Sequence record: PV946933.1
Length of the DNA: 64,000 nucleotides
DNA from: a phage
Reading direction: 5' to 3' (one strand)
Every line of letters begins with the position of its first letter. The first letter of the stretch is position 1. This document shows, one piece after another, positions 1 through 9,729 of this stretch. The translations under genes were made by a program, and so were the position numbers. Below the pieces are notes generated by a model, which searched no databases, was not told where the DNA came from, and saw only the letters and a program-made list of their open reading frames with translations.

Positions 1-604
1 CACCGACAGATCCTGCACCCGGAGCGGAAATGGTGCCAGCGGTTGCACCAGCACCCATATGAGAGGAAGACCCGCCAGCACCGAATGGGCGACCACCACC
101 ACCACCAAATGATAGTCTACCGTAGTTACCGCCGCCGCCACCGCCACCGCCGCCTGCAATAGCTCCACCATTATTAATTCTTAGTCTCCCACCAATATCG
201 TTTTGAATACAATGACCTCCAGCTGAGCCAGGACTATTGCTACCGCCATTCCCGCCACGACCATACATCGTTACACCATGTATATTCAGTTGAACATATT
301 CATTCGGTGTATCTCCGTACATGAAGAATAAAGGAACATCTTTAGAATATGATACTAAATCTCCAGTGATATTAAACACTATAGGTGTACTACCTGCCTC
401 AAAACATCTATCTCGGAACCACTGACCATTGAAGTTATGGTCTGCTCCAAGCGTGTGAATTATTTCTTTTGAACGTCCTGCAAATTGGGACATCCATGAA
501 GGGTTTCCTAAACGAAGTTCCCTTGAAGCAGCCGACATCCATCTTTGTCCTGTTTCAGCGACGGCCGAAGTCCCAATCCAACCCGGAATTCCCACTACTG
601 CCAT
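1..604 (-). CDS. 38: gp38 tail-fibre adhesin, T2-type (N-terminal ~200 aa; C-terminus beyond window start)
   Basis: Manual translation of minus strand from ATG at 604-602: [24 protein letters not shown]...; poly-Gly runs ([25 protein letters not shown]); SD GGAGG upstream; missing from ORF track because no stop inside window. Confidence 0.85.
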   Translation of the reverse strand, partial: MAVVGIPGWIGTSAVAETGQRWMSAASRELRLGNPSWMSQFAGRSKEIIHTLGADHNFNGQWFRDRCFEAGSTPIVFNITGDLVSYSKDVPLFFMYGDTPNEYVQLNIHGVTMYGRGGNGGSNSPGSAGGHCIQNDIGGRLRINNGGAIAGGGGGGGGGNYGRLSFGGGGGRPFGAGGSSSHMGAGATAGTISAPGAGSVG

Positions 605-615
605 AAAAACCTCCA

Positions 616-630
616 GGGCCCACAGGGCCC
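616..630 (-). promoter_or_regulatory. intercistronic stem-loop GGGCCC-ACA-GGGCCC between gene 37 stop and gene 38 SD
   Basis: perfect 6-bp inverted repeat with 3-nt loop, immediately 5' of gp38 ribosome binding site. Confidence 0.5.
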
Positions 631-634
631 TTTC

Positions 635-3600
635 TTATAATAATGATTTAATTAATGCTTTCAATTCAGCAATTTCAGATTTCAATTCCTTGATTTCGTC
701 AGTATGCTCGTTGATAGTAGCAGTATTTAAACCGATAATACCGTTATAATTCAAACGAAGCAATCCAGTCTCTTTATCTTCAGAAACAAGTTCAGGCAAT
801 ACTTTTTGAACTTCCTGGGCGATTAAACCGGCTGACGGTTTAACTTCATCAGTAACGGGATTTTTAAGCAGATAAGTATAACCACCTAAGAGTTTAGATT
901 TCTCTTGTGCGTTATCGATAAGCTTAATTTCCGACTTACAACGAATATCAGAACGAATATAAACGTCGTTAACATCAATGTTATCACGGACATATACACC
1001 GGCGTTACAGTGGAAGTTAACGTTGCTAAATGTTTGGGCAAGTCCAGCTCGAATACTGAATACACCTTGACCATTAGCATACATGTTGTAGATGCCATCG
1101 CTTTCCCAGACCAATCCAGTGTCATTGTCACCAATTGCTATGCATGGCGTAGACCAGGCGGGTTCAATACCTACGCCAATACCTGCCCAACCGGAAACAA
1201 TTCTTCCTGGGGAAGTAAACTGCCCGTTGGCCAAAAATTGATAAACCGCTGCAGGATGTCCTTGTTCTGGTGTATTTTCAGTTGAACGAACAATTATACA
1301 ACCGGTACCCCAACCTGCGGTACCTGAACGTAAAGTACCTAGCTCTACACTTGTGTTATATCCATACCCCGTTGAAGAACTTCGTCCTTTAATAATAGGA
1401 TAGTACACGTTCCCGTTTAATTCGCCATGTTCTACAAATATAGGAGCTTCAAGGTTATATTGTGGGCTAATCGCACCTGAGTTTTGAGAGACCCATCTTG
1501 TAGCATTAACAAACATGCGGTTTTCACTCATTTGAACCAAGCCAAAAGAGCTTGGGCTAAATGCAATAGAGCCTTCGGCATTCAAATCAATACCGGTTGT
1601 TGTTTTATAGTTGTAAAAAGATACCGTGTCGGATTGTCCGCCTTTACCTATGAACCAGCTATTAACACCACCAACATCTGAACGAATATGTGAACTATTG
1701 ACAGCATTAGGTGCTCTAATTACTAAAGCATCATCGGCCGCAGCAATAGTCAACCTACCGGTCATCGTATCGCCTTCTTTGGCAACACGAGTAGCTATTG
1801 CATCGCGAATATTTGTAATGTCTCCTGCTGAAGTAAACGTGTTCCAAATATCCGAGAAAATATTACCATCACGAGCAATAGCAGCTTCGCCACCGCCGAC
1901 CAGAACGTTATCCGGGAAGTTAACTGTACCATCAGCGTTAAATCTTGATGTATGGCCTTGTGAACCATCTTCTTTGATATGGTGTAAAACAAATGTACCA
2001 GAATTAATTTCAGTGCCTAAAGACCAAACAGCTTTGCTGTTTAAAAACTTCTGTTTAACAATAGGATAATATTTGCTTATAGCATCATCATCAATTTCCT
2101 GGAAAACAGGAGCTGCTTGAACATATTGAATATCATAACCACCTGCGCCCGCGCCGTGACCAGTAAATTTAATATAACCGTTCGCAGCGAACGTATTGTA
2201 ACTTGATTGTAAATCTGGAATAGTAACTTTACCAGTATCTAAAGCCATACTAAACGGGCGAAGTGGACCGATATCACCATGTTTACCTTCACCGTAAGCA
2301 GTTGGAATAATATGAAGACTGCCTTCTGAACGTCTAAAAATAGCTCCATAATCTGCGTTCCAAATGCGAAGCGCATTAACTGCTCCAGATGAAATTTCGC
2401 CTGTTGTGTGAACTCCTCTATTTCCAGCAGTAACACCAGATGATTCAAATGAACCATTGACGTTCATTTCTACTTCGCCAGTAGTAAGTCTTTGAATATA
2501 GCTCATCCAGCTAGTTGCATCAGAAATTTCCATAATGTTTTTACGGATACCTCCGCTTGGATCAACAAACGTATTACCCCAAACTTTAATATCCATATTA
2601 TCAACCGAGCTGTATCCTGTTGTGTTGCCTCTAAACATTAGTGTAGAAGAATTATTTCTACCATCTATATTAACAGAACCGCCAATAACATCAATATTAC
2701 CTGGAGTAACTAACAAACCGCCATGAGTATTAATGTTTGTGGTACCCTTACCGCGGAAATAATGATGATAATTACCACCTTGGTAATATCCTAAAAGAGT
2801 CTGACCATCTCCATACGCATTATTATCATGGTAAGTAACAACAGTGGCTAATGCATAGTTTTCTGTCGGTGGCGTTGTCATAAGAAGCCCATCTGGAGAA
2901 TAACCCATAACCATTTTTCTAAGACTGGTGGTTTCTGCAGGGCCGTAAGTGAAAGTCCTTGTTCCGTTGTTTACTGTTTGGAAATATCCGTCCTGATGCC
3001 ATTTTAGCCCGGTATCATTATCACCAAGAGAAATTGAAGCAGTCCCTAATTCAGAGTATCCTTTATTGCCACCAGGAGTACCAACAGAAATAGAATGGCC
3101 TGCTTTCAATCCACCGGACCAGGTAAACGACCAAAGATAGGCATCTAACCCGTCACCGGCGTACCAGGTTATCCCGTCGTTATCTTTAACTTCATGGAAT
3201 ATACCAGATCCTACGGCATTTCGCATAACACGGAGGTGGTTAATAGCCGTTTCGCTTTCTGCCAATGGAGTGTTATTTGCTAATGAAGATATATCATAAT
3301 CGCCCGTCTTCTTCCCATCTGTAATAACTTTATCGGTCAGAATTTGTGGAGACGAAATAGATTTCCACGCTGATACTTCAGGTGAAGTAAATAGTCCACT
3401 GCCTGAAAATGCATAGGTGCTTTCGCTTCCTGCAGCATAATCTTGAACCCTGATATTAAGTACTTGTGTAGTTAATCCATCATTAGCCGGGGCATAAATG
3501 ATTCCACGTTCGCGACTATTGCCATCGAAAAAACGAACATGTGCTGTACCTGAACTTTTTGTAATAAGTTCTCCGCCTTCGGTCATAATCTTCCCGGCGG

Positions 3601-3898
3601 CAATAATATCGCGAGTTACTCGAGCAATACCAGTTAAATTGAAATCACCGGTTTGAGTGAAGGTACCATTTAAAGTATAATCACCAGTTTGATTATAGTT
3701 TCCTATATGAATAACATTCCCGTCAATACTACCGCCCTTAGCAAAACCCAGATCAATGATATTTCCTTGGTCATCTTTAGTAAAAAGTACGCGGTCTTTT
3801 AAGTTTATAGCCAATTCACCTTCGGCTAATACTGAAGCGGCAGGACGTGCTCCTGCAGTTTTGCTTCTTTTAAATTGTATTTGTTTTAAAGTAGCCAT
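635..3898 (-). CDS. 37: gp37 long tail fibre distal subunit, with C-terminal intramolecular-chaperone-like domain
   Basis: 1087 aa; N-terminus MATLKQIQFKRSK... as in T4 gp37; repeated GDNDTGL(K/V)W motifs; C-terminal ~120 aa coiled/chaperone-like tail (..SDIRCKSEIKLIDNAQEK..AELKALIKSLL). Confidence 0.93.
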   Translation of the reverse strand: MATLKQIQFKRSKTAGARPAASVLAEGELAINLKDRVLFTKDDQGNIIDLGFAKGGSIDGNVIHIGNYNQTGDYTLNGTFTQTGDFNLTGIARVTRDIIAAGKIMTEGGELITKSSGTAHVRFFDGNSRERGIIYAPANDGLTTQVLNIRVQDYAAGSESTYAFSGSGLFTSPEVSAWKSISSPQILTDKVITDGKKTGDYDISSLANNTPLAESETAINHLRVMRNAVGSGIFHEVKDNDGITWYAGDGLDAYLWSFTWSGGLKAGHSISVGTPGGNKGYSELGTASISLGDNDTGLKWHQDGYFQTVNNGTRTFTYGPAETTSLRKMVMGYSPDGLLMTTPPTENYALATVVTYHDNNAYGDGQTLLGYYQGGNYHHYFRGKGTTNINTHGGLLVTPGNIDVIGGSVNIDGRNNSSTLMFRGNTTGYSSVDNMDIKVWGNTFVDPSGGIRKNIMEISDATSWMSYIQRLTTGEVEMNVNGSFESSGVTAGNRGVHTTGEISSGAVNALRIWNADYGAIFRRSEGSLHIIPTAYGEGKHGDIGPLRPFSMALDTGKVTIPDLQSSYNTFAANGYIKFTGHGAGAGGYDIQYVQAAPVFQEIDDDAISKYYPIVKQKFLNSKAVWSLGTEINSGTFVLHHIKEDGSQGHTSRFNADGTVNFPDNVLVGGGEAAIARDGNIFSDIWNTFTSAGDITNIRDAIATRVAKEGDTMTGRLTIAAADDALVIRAPNAVNSSHIRSDVGGVNSWFIGKGGQSDTVSFYNYKTTTGIDLNAEGSIAFSPSSFGLVQMSENRMFVNATRWVSQNSGAISPQYNLEAPIFVEHGELNGNVYYPIIKGRSSSTGYGYNTSVELGTLRSGTAGWGTGCIIVRSTENTPEQGHPAAVYQFLANGQFTSPGRIVSGWAGIGVGIEPAWSTPCIAIGDNDTGLVWESDGIYNMYANGQGVFSIRAGLAQTFSNVNFHCNAGVYVRDNIDVNDVYIRSDIRCKSEIKLIDNAQEKSKLLGGYTYLLKNPVTDEVKPSAGLIAQEVQKVLPELVSEDKETGLLRLNYNGIIGLNTATINEHTDEIKELKSEIAELKALIKSLL

Positions 3899-3906
3899 AA
3901 GTCCTC

Positions 3907-4563
3907 TTAATAATAGCCGAAATCTTGAACAGAATCCTTAATAACAATTTGATCAAATCGTGGAACATGTGAAGGTTGAGATGCAGGATTCTGTGAAAAA
4001 AGGTTTGGCGCGGTTAAATTTCCTGTCATAGTGTCTCCAGAGCGTAATACTCTAGAGTTTGCGTTTGCTGTAACAATATTTATTGCTCCATCAACATAAT
4101 CTTTCCGTGTAAGGTCATAATTATTTACTGGTGATAATGAAGTTGCGCGTATTTGTGATGCTTCAATTACACCCTTTGAGCTAATATCTCCATTTCGCGT
4201 GTTAATTACTACAGTTCTACCTGCTGTTCCTTGTGATGATTTAAAACCAATACCATACCACGAAACAATATCCATATTTGTAGTATCAAATGTTGCTCCA
4301 TCATCATTACCAGGATATATACCATTTCCAGAATTACTTGCTAATGGAATCGTTATTCCATTATTAAAAATTACTCTATTTAAATAAGTACCACCATTAG
4401 CTTTAGAAACGAAATCGTTATCAGCAGCTTGTGGTTTATTGTATTCTGAATATATTTTAAATGATTTATAGAGTACATCGTCACCGGCTGGATTCAATGG
4501 AAAATTTCCTTGATGCCAAATGACAGAGCCTCCAGTTGTTGAACCTACTTTTAAATCAGCCAT
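3907..4563 (-). CDS. 36: gp36 long tail fibre hinge connector
   Basis: 218 aa; starts MADLKVGSTTGGSVIWHQGNF as T4 gp36; position between 35 and 37. Confidence 0.93.
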   Translation of the reverse strand: MADLKVGSTTGGSVIWHQGNFPLNPAGDDVLYKSFKIYSEYNKPQAADNDFVSKANGGTYLNRVIFNNGITIPLASNSGNGIYPGNDDGATFDTTNMDIVSWYGIGFKSSQGTAGRTVVINTRNGDISSKGVIEASQIRATSLSPVNNYDLTRKDYVDGAINIVTANANSRVLRSGDTMTGNLTAPNLFSQNPASQPSHVPRFDQIVIKDSVQDFGYY

Positions 4564-4586
4564 TGTATGCCCCTTTATTTTAATAG

Positions 4587-4594
4587 TATTTATA
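4587..4594 (-). promoter_or_regulatory. late promoter (TATAAATA on minus strand) upstream of gene 36
   Basis: plus-strand TATTTATA = minus-strand TATAAATA, ~25 bp upstream of gp36 ATG. Confidence 0.6.
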
Positions 4595-4621
4595 AAGAAA
4601 AAGGGAACCCGAAGGCTCCCT
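4595..4621 (-). terminator. stem-loop plus U-run after gene 35
   Basis: minus strand AGGGAGCC-TTCG-GGTTCCCT (one mismatch) followed by TTTTTCTTT. Confidence 0.55.
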
Positions 4622-4625
4622 CAAT

Positions 4626-5744
4626 TTAAACTTCTCTAAATTCTTGTCCAAACACTTTACCAGTTTTAGACGATGCTTGCGTAGGAAGTACCATTATATC
4701 TGGAGGTGAAGCAGATTCACAGACATAATTAACTCGAATACCATTGACGCCAAATTCAGCAGGTTTTGAAATTCCGCCATTTCTTGATACTTCAGAAAAG
4801 CTTAAATTCCTCATTCCGCCTTGACCAGCTTGAGCAGTTCTCTGCGCATATATAGTAAATCCGACTGCATTTTCAGGAACAACTACATAATCTTCCTTTA
4901 ATTCCCATGACTCAGCTTGTCCAGTAAACTCAGCATGTGTTGAAGAAATATATCCATTCGATTCATCATAAAAACGGATAGATATATTTGTAGTTCCAAG
5001 CGCAAGTAAATCTGCATCAGCATATAGCTGTGCTTTAAGATAAAGAACATCACCAGGAATTAAATTATAATCAGATAATTTACTTATCGCGGATGAAGTT
5101 GGTAAACGTGCAATTTCGTTATTAGTTCCACCGACCGCTGACATAAATTGCTCAACGCTTTCATACGTTCTTCTTGGAAACCCGGTAGCTCCAACGTCTT
5201 CTAAACTGTCAAATACAACATCTAAAATAGTTTGATAGTCATCTGTGCTTTTTCTATTACTTAATTTAACATGCTCTAACGCAATAGCTCTTTTAGAAGA
5301 AGTATAAAAGGCAGCATATGATACGTCAAATCTTGACAATACAGAATCAGATGGAAAAGCAGACGTTCCCGCGGCTCTTAGCCAAGATACTACCTCAGGA
5401 GGAAAATTAACCTTTCCGCTAGTTAATATAGCAACAAGTCTATTATTCGTCAAAGAGTTCATGAAGCTAACAAAAGCAGCTGACGTAGTATCATTTGATG
5501 TCGAAAAAGCATATGACTTACTATCAACTAATGCTCCTGTAGAAGGGTCAAAAACCCTTAAATGAAGTCCTGCGCTAAATGTTTGACTTCCAACAGGATT
5601 ATCCTGAAATTTAACGTATGGTCCTTCTGCAGTAGAAAGCGGGCAAGAACCCGCTATACTTATTTTATATCTTACTGAATTGCTTTCCGATAAAAATGGC
5701 GTTTGGACATATCCTTGTCCAAACTCTGCCATAAATTTTTCCAT
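4626..5744 (-). CDS. 35: gp35 long tail fibre hinge protein
   Basis: 372 aa, same length as T4 gp35; synteny 34-35-36-37. Confidence 0.93.
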   Translation of the reverse strand: MEKFMAEFGQGYVQTPFLSESNSVRYKISIAGSCPLSTAEGPYVKFQDNPVGSQTFSAGLHLRVFDPSTGALVDSKSYAFSTSNDTTSAAFVSFMNSLTNNRLVAILTSGKVNFPPEVVSWLRAAGTSAFPSDSVLSRFDVSYAAFYTSSKRAIALEHVKLSNRKSTDDYQTILDVVFDSLEDVGATGFPRRTYESVEQFMSAVGGTNNEIARLPTSSAISKLSDYNLIPGDVLYLKAQLYADADLLALGTTNISIRFYDESNGYISSTHAEFTGQAESWELKEDYVVVPENAVGFTIYAQRTAQAGQGGMRNLSFSEVSRNGGISKPAEFGVNGIRVNYVCESASPPDIMVLPTQASSKTGKVFGQEFREV

Positions 5745-5752
5745 AATACCTC

Positions 5753-8700
5753 TTATTCAACCCATTCAAATTTAACCGTTTTATTCACTGGGTCAGGAAT
5801 AATGCGAACATTACCAATTCGTAAGAAATCACGAATAGTAAGATTCCCCATTATAGCATTATCAGATGGTAAAGCACCGATATCAGATGGCTGAGGAGGG
5901 TTACCCCCATCAAATACCTGAACAAAACTTGACCAAGAGTTTTTAGTTTTCTGCCATGTACGCGTCCAGCGAGTGGTGCGCGCTTCTGGGGTCGTTGGAT
6001 AAGTAATCCAATCTTGGTAAAGCGAATCGAGTGTGTTACCAAACTGAGTCAACGTACCAGGAGATTTAACCTCTTCGCCGCGTTCTAAGTATGGAAGCCC
6101 AGTCACTTCATTAGTTTTTTCAACCATCTTAAAATAACCCGGGAATTGGTTATAAGTGGCTGAATCATTAATATCGATTGACCAGAATCCTACGGTATCA
6201 GATGTTGGCGCACGGGTATATAAATCAGAGGTTTTAGTACCCTGAGAACGAATTCTCGAGTTAACAGTTAAACCACCTGAAGTTATAGTAGCACCTTTGG
6301 CAATGATTAAGCTTTCACCAATTGTAACCTGACCAGATTGATTATTAATTGATAATGGACGTAATCCATTAAACCCACCGGTCTGATCACCAGATGCAGT
6401 AAGCATAAAATAGGTGTTAGCAGCATCATTGCGAATAAAGAATCCATAATCACCGTTTATTGCTCTAAAAGCATTCGACGATTTACTGATAAATTCGCCA
6501 TTAGCAGTAACTGAACTACCGAATGTTGCAACGCCGTTCGCGTTCAAAGAACCTAAAGCATTCACATTTATTGGCATTACAGTACCATTAATGCTAAATG
6601 CTATATTACCATCTTTATCGCGTTGAGAATAAAAGTGATAAGATGTTTCATCACTAACTTCAAATACGGTAGAACGTGTTGTGTTTGATTCCCCACTAAA
6701 TTGATTCCCCCACACGCTGACTGTCATCGTTTGAGCCGGGTTCGTTCCAGTTTGAGGTCCTTTCTCAAAAATCAGACGAGTTGCTGTTCCATCAGTATTA
6801 GAAATGGTTAGTGTACTATTTGCTGAAACTGATCCACCAAACGTAGCAGTACTAGATGATACAAGAGGGGCACTCAGATTCGTTTGTTGGGTTAATGTTA
6901 GTGAACCATTAACTGTCTGTGCAATATCCCTACGAATGAACTGAGATGAATCTAGACCATCCAGTAAATTACTATCTACGGCTTTTGCTTTTAACGGCAA
7001 ATAATTTGCTAATACGCGGTTTAATTCATATGGCGATACTGCATAGCTATTTTTCTCATATAGCTCTAAGTCCTGCGTAGAACCAACTGTATCATTACCA
7101 ACGAATGTAATTGAACCAGATGAAGTTTTAACAAAACCTCTTACCAGAGTAGTAGCTGCCCATGTTGGTTCATTCTGGACAATCCATTTTAAATTTTTTG
7201 GAGATACAGCAGTATTTGCTGACGTTCCAGCTACAGTTTCAGACTGAGTTGCAACTTTAATAACGCCTTCCTGTGCTTCAGTAGATTTAGTACCTAAAAG
7301 CTTTTTAGGAGTTATTAAAACATTATCTAATGTTCCTGCAGCAGCTTCGACTTGTGTAGCTACACGAAGTGTACCACGCTGTGTCTCATTTGCTTCAAGA
7401 ATATTAAGGGTATAATGGTCCCAGAGAGTTCCTGATTCAACTAATCCAGATAGAGCAACAACAGAAGTACGATCAGTACTATTAAATCTGGTTTTAATTT
7501 TTAATGGTGTAGAGATACGAGTATCGTCGACGCCTGCGTCGAATTCAACTTGTGTAGCAATTTCAGCTATACCACTTAAACTTTCAGTTGCTTTACGGTC
7601 ATTTAAAGTTTTAGGAGTGACTGCACGAGTATAATCAGTTCCTGTATTAACTTCACTTTGCGTAGCAATTTCAATTAAACCAATTCTTGCATCAGTTGAT
7701 GTCTTTTTATGTAACGTTTCTGGCGTTACAACCGCATTTGCCCATCCTTCTTGGCTTTGTCCAGCAATTACTTCACTTTCAACTGCTAAAATTACTGCAC
7801 CTTGTTGTGTTGGAGTAGCTTTATACTGGTCCAAAGCTTTAGGCGAAACAACTAAATTATTAGTGTTTTTATTATAAACGTTTGTACCATTTAATTCACG
7901 ACTAGAAGCTGGAGTAGCTCCTGCAGTAGATACAAAGGTTACAATACCCGATAATGATTCAGAACCTTGTCGAGCTTGAAGCTTTTTAGGAGTGATGATT
8001 GTAGTATCATCAGTACCTGCGTTAGTTTCTTGCTGTGTAGCAATTTCAGCAACGCCTCTACGAGTTTCTGTGGCAGTTCTTTCATTCAGCTTTTTAGGAG
8101 TGATGATAATATCATCAGCAAAAGAGAATGTGGTGTTCTGATTCACTTGAGCAGTAGTTGCTATTCTTGCGATACCTCTACGAGTTTCTGTAGCAGTACG
8201 ATTAGCTAATGTTTCTGGTGTAATTGCTAATTCTTTTTGTGGAGAATTTTCTAAATCAGCATTTGCTTGAGCTTGTGTAGCTAAAGCAATTACGCCTAAT
8301 CTTGCTCTAGTAGAATCATTTAAAGAATCAACTCTTTCAACTGTTGGCACGTTTTGCTGCACCACCCAGTATTTTCCATCAGAATCTTCTATATAAGCAA
8401 GCTGTAAAACTGGAACATAATTGGTTTCGCCGTTAAAAACTAATTCTTGAACAGTCACCCATTCAGCTTCAGGTGGATATTCTGAACGTTTTGGGAATTG
8501 CAGCAATTGAACTGAAGAAGCAATTTTATCTTCACCGGCAGCTTTGATTTTAACTGTTTGTCCTTTTCTCATATAATTCATGGAAATTTTAACAGTATCA
8601 CCAATGGAAATATCGGTTGGAAGCTGAAGTTCAATTGTTTGGGTTGTTCCGTTATTCGCTCCAAATACCATAACTTCTTCATTTGGACGAATACTAGAAT

Positions 8701-9625
8701 TAGTTGTTATAATACGTAAACGTGCTTTACTATCCCCGTCAAACAATCTCCACAATTTTTCATTATCATCATACATCAAGAAACCATCAATCGATGTACG
8801 GCCTTCAATGGAATGAGTTCCAACTTCTTGCACTGAAGTTGTTTCATCGTATGTAGTAACAATTGTATGATAAAGTGGATTTAATTTGTCTAAATCGACG
8901 AAATTAATAATATCGCCATGATTAGCAAATCTCGGAAGTTTAATATTAATCGCCGCGGCTGAAGTAAATCTGCGCACGATAAAATCGTTAGATTGCGCCT
9001 GATAAAGACTTGCCGGTGTTACGACTACAGCTTCTCTGCTATAATCAGCAACATACATTTGCCACAGACGATTACTAAAAATTAAAACTATCTGCGATTT
9101 TGGATGAGTCATTAGTACTGAACGTACTTGTTCGCCTCTGAAGTTTACAATACTTTGCACTGGAGCTACAATTAAAACTTGGTTAACACCAGGTTTTCCA
9201 CCAATATCTTGAAGAACGATAGTATCTCCATCAATTGGAGAAGATGGCAAAGTAAATGTAATGTCATTACCAGCTGCAGTATCAACTGAAATTGATTCGC
9301 CTGACTTTAATTGATAAGGTCCTGATGAAACAGTTGTCCAATTAGCATCAGTACGTAATGCTCTCCAGCGTACACTATTAAAAGCTCCTGCTGGTTTTGG
9401 AATATCATTTATAGCAGCCCAAAAGCGGTTATCATAAATGATTACAAAATCTTTTAAATATCCACGAGTTGGATCATATTGTTGAACTGTGTTTTCTTGA
9501 ATTAGGTAATCAACGTTAACACCGTCAGTTCCTACGGTACGATCAGCTAAAGCTACGTTGATTATTTTATCGCCACCTGCGTCCAGACCGTCTTCTGCTC
9601 TGAACTTTCTTTTAATCTCGGCCAT
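5753..9625 (-). CDS. 34: gp34 long tail fibre proximal subunit
   Basis: 1290 aa; MAEIKRKFRAEDGLDAGGDKIINVALADRT...; internal tandem TPKKL..R.ATE...G..IAT repeats. Confidence 0.95.
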   Translation of the reverse strand: MAEIKRKFRAEDGLDAGGDKIINVALADRTVGTDGVNVDYLIQENTVQQYDPTRGYLKDFVIIYDNRFWAAINDIPKPAGAFNSVRWRALRTDANWTTVSSGPYQLKSGESISVDTAAGNDITFTLPSSPIDGDTIVLQDIGGKPGVNQVLIVAPVQSIVNFRGEQVRSVLMTHPKSQIVLIFSNRLWQMYVADYSREAVVVTPASLYQAQSNDFIVRRFTSAAAINIKLPRFANHGDIINFVDLDKLNPLYHTIVTTYDETTSVQEVGTHSIEGRTSIDGFLMYDDNEKLWRLFDGDSKARLRIITTNSSIRPNEEVMVFGANNGTTQTIELQLPTDISIGDTVKISMNYMRKGQTVKIKAAGEDKIASSVQLLQFPKRSEYPPEAEWVTVQELVFNGETNYVPVLQLAYIEDSDGKYWVVQQNVPTVERVDSLNDSTRARLGVIALATQAQANADLENSPQKELAITPETLANRTATETRRGIARIATTAQVNQNTTFSFADDIIITPKKLNERTATETRRGVAEIATQQETNAGTDDTTIITPKKLQARQGSESLSGIVTFVSTAGATPASSRELNGTNVYNKNTNNLVVSPKALDQYKATPTQQGAVILAVESEVIAGQSQEGWANAVVTPETLHKKTSTDARIGLIEIATQSEVNTGTDYTRAVTPKTLNDRKATESLSGIAEIATQVEFDAGVDDTRISTPLKIKTRFNSTDRTSVVALSGLVESGTLWDHYTLNILEANETQRGTLRVATQVEAAAGTLDNVLITPKKLLGTKSTEAQEGVIKVATQSETVAGTSANTAVSPKNLKWIVQNEPTWAATTLVRGFVKTSSGSITFVGNDTVGSTQDLELYEKNSYAVSPYELNRVLANYLPLKAKAVDSNLLDGLDSSQFIRRDIAQTVNGSLTLTQQTNLSAPLVSSSTATFGGSVSANSTLTISNTDGTATRLIFEKGPQTGTNPAQTMTVSVWGNQFSGESNTTRSTVFEVSDETSYHFYSQRDKDGNIAFSINGTVMPINVNALGSLNANGVATFGSSVTANGEFISKSSNAFRAINGDYGFFIRNDAANTYFMLTASGDQTGGFNGLRPLSINNQSGQVTIGESLIIAKGATITSGGLTVNSRIRSQGTKTSDLYTRAPTSDTVGFWSIDINDSATYNQFPGYFKMVEKTNEVTGLPYLERGEEVKSPGTLTQFGNTLDSLYQDWITYPTTPEARTTRWTRTWQKTKNSWSSFVQVFDGGNPPQPSDIGALPSDNAIMGNLTIRDFLRIGNVRIIPDPVNKTVKFEWVE

Positions 9626-9659
9626 TCTCCCGGGCTCCTATTGTGTTTTCAATAATAAG

Positions 9660-9667
9660 TATTTATA
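9660..9667 (-). promoter_or_regulatory. late promoter TATAAATA for gene 34
   Basis: plus-strand TATTTATA, 35 bp upstream of gp34 ATG, SD AGGAG between. Confidence 0.65.
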
Positions 9668-9670
9668 CTT

Positions 9671-9700
9671 GTTTACTTTAAGATTCGGATGGTATATAAT
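9671..9700 (+). promoter_or_regulatory. early sigma70-type promoter (GTTTAC, 18-bp spacer, TATAAT) for rnh
   Basis: GTTTAC 9671-9676, TATAAT 9695-9700, ~30 bp upstream of rnh ATG. Confidence 0.6.
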
Positions 9701-9729
9701 AGAAATCTCACTAATTGAACGAGGTTCAT

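Noticed and set aside
886-2069. Several 60-150 aa ORFs on both strands inside gene 37
   Set aside because: They are nested within or antisense to the long gp37 ORF and have no RBS or independent support.
7345-8230. Possible CRISPR-like repeat array
   Set aside because: The repeats are in-frame coding repeats of the gp34 fibre protein, not short direct repeats with unique spacers.
9715-9729. N-terminal extensions in the ORF track (rnh, 33, denA, rnlA, 30.7, 30.3, gp20, uvsW.1, HNH and others)
   Set aside because: The track starts at upstream TTG/GTG or earlier ATG codons; the known protein N-termini and SD spacing support the downstream ATG in each case.
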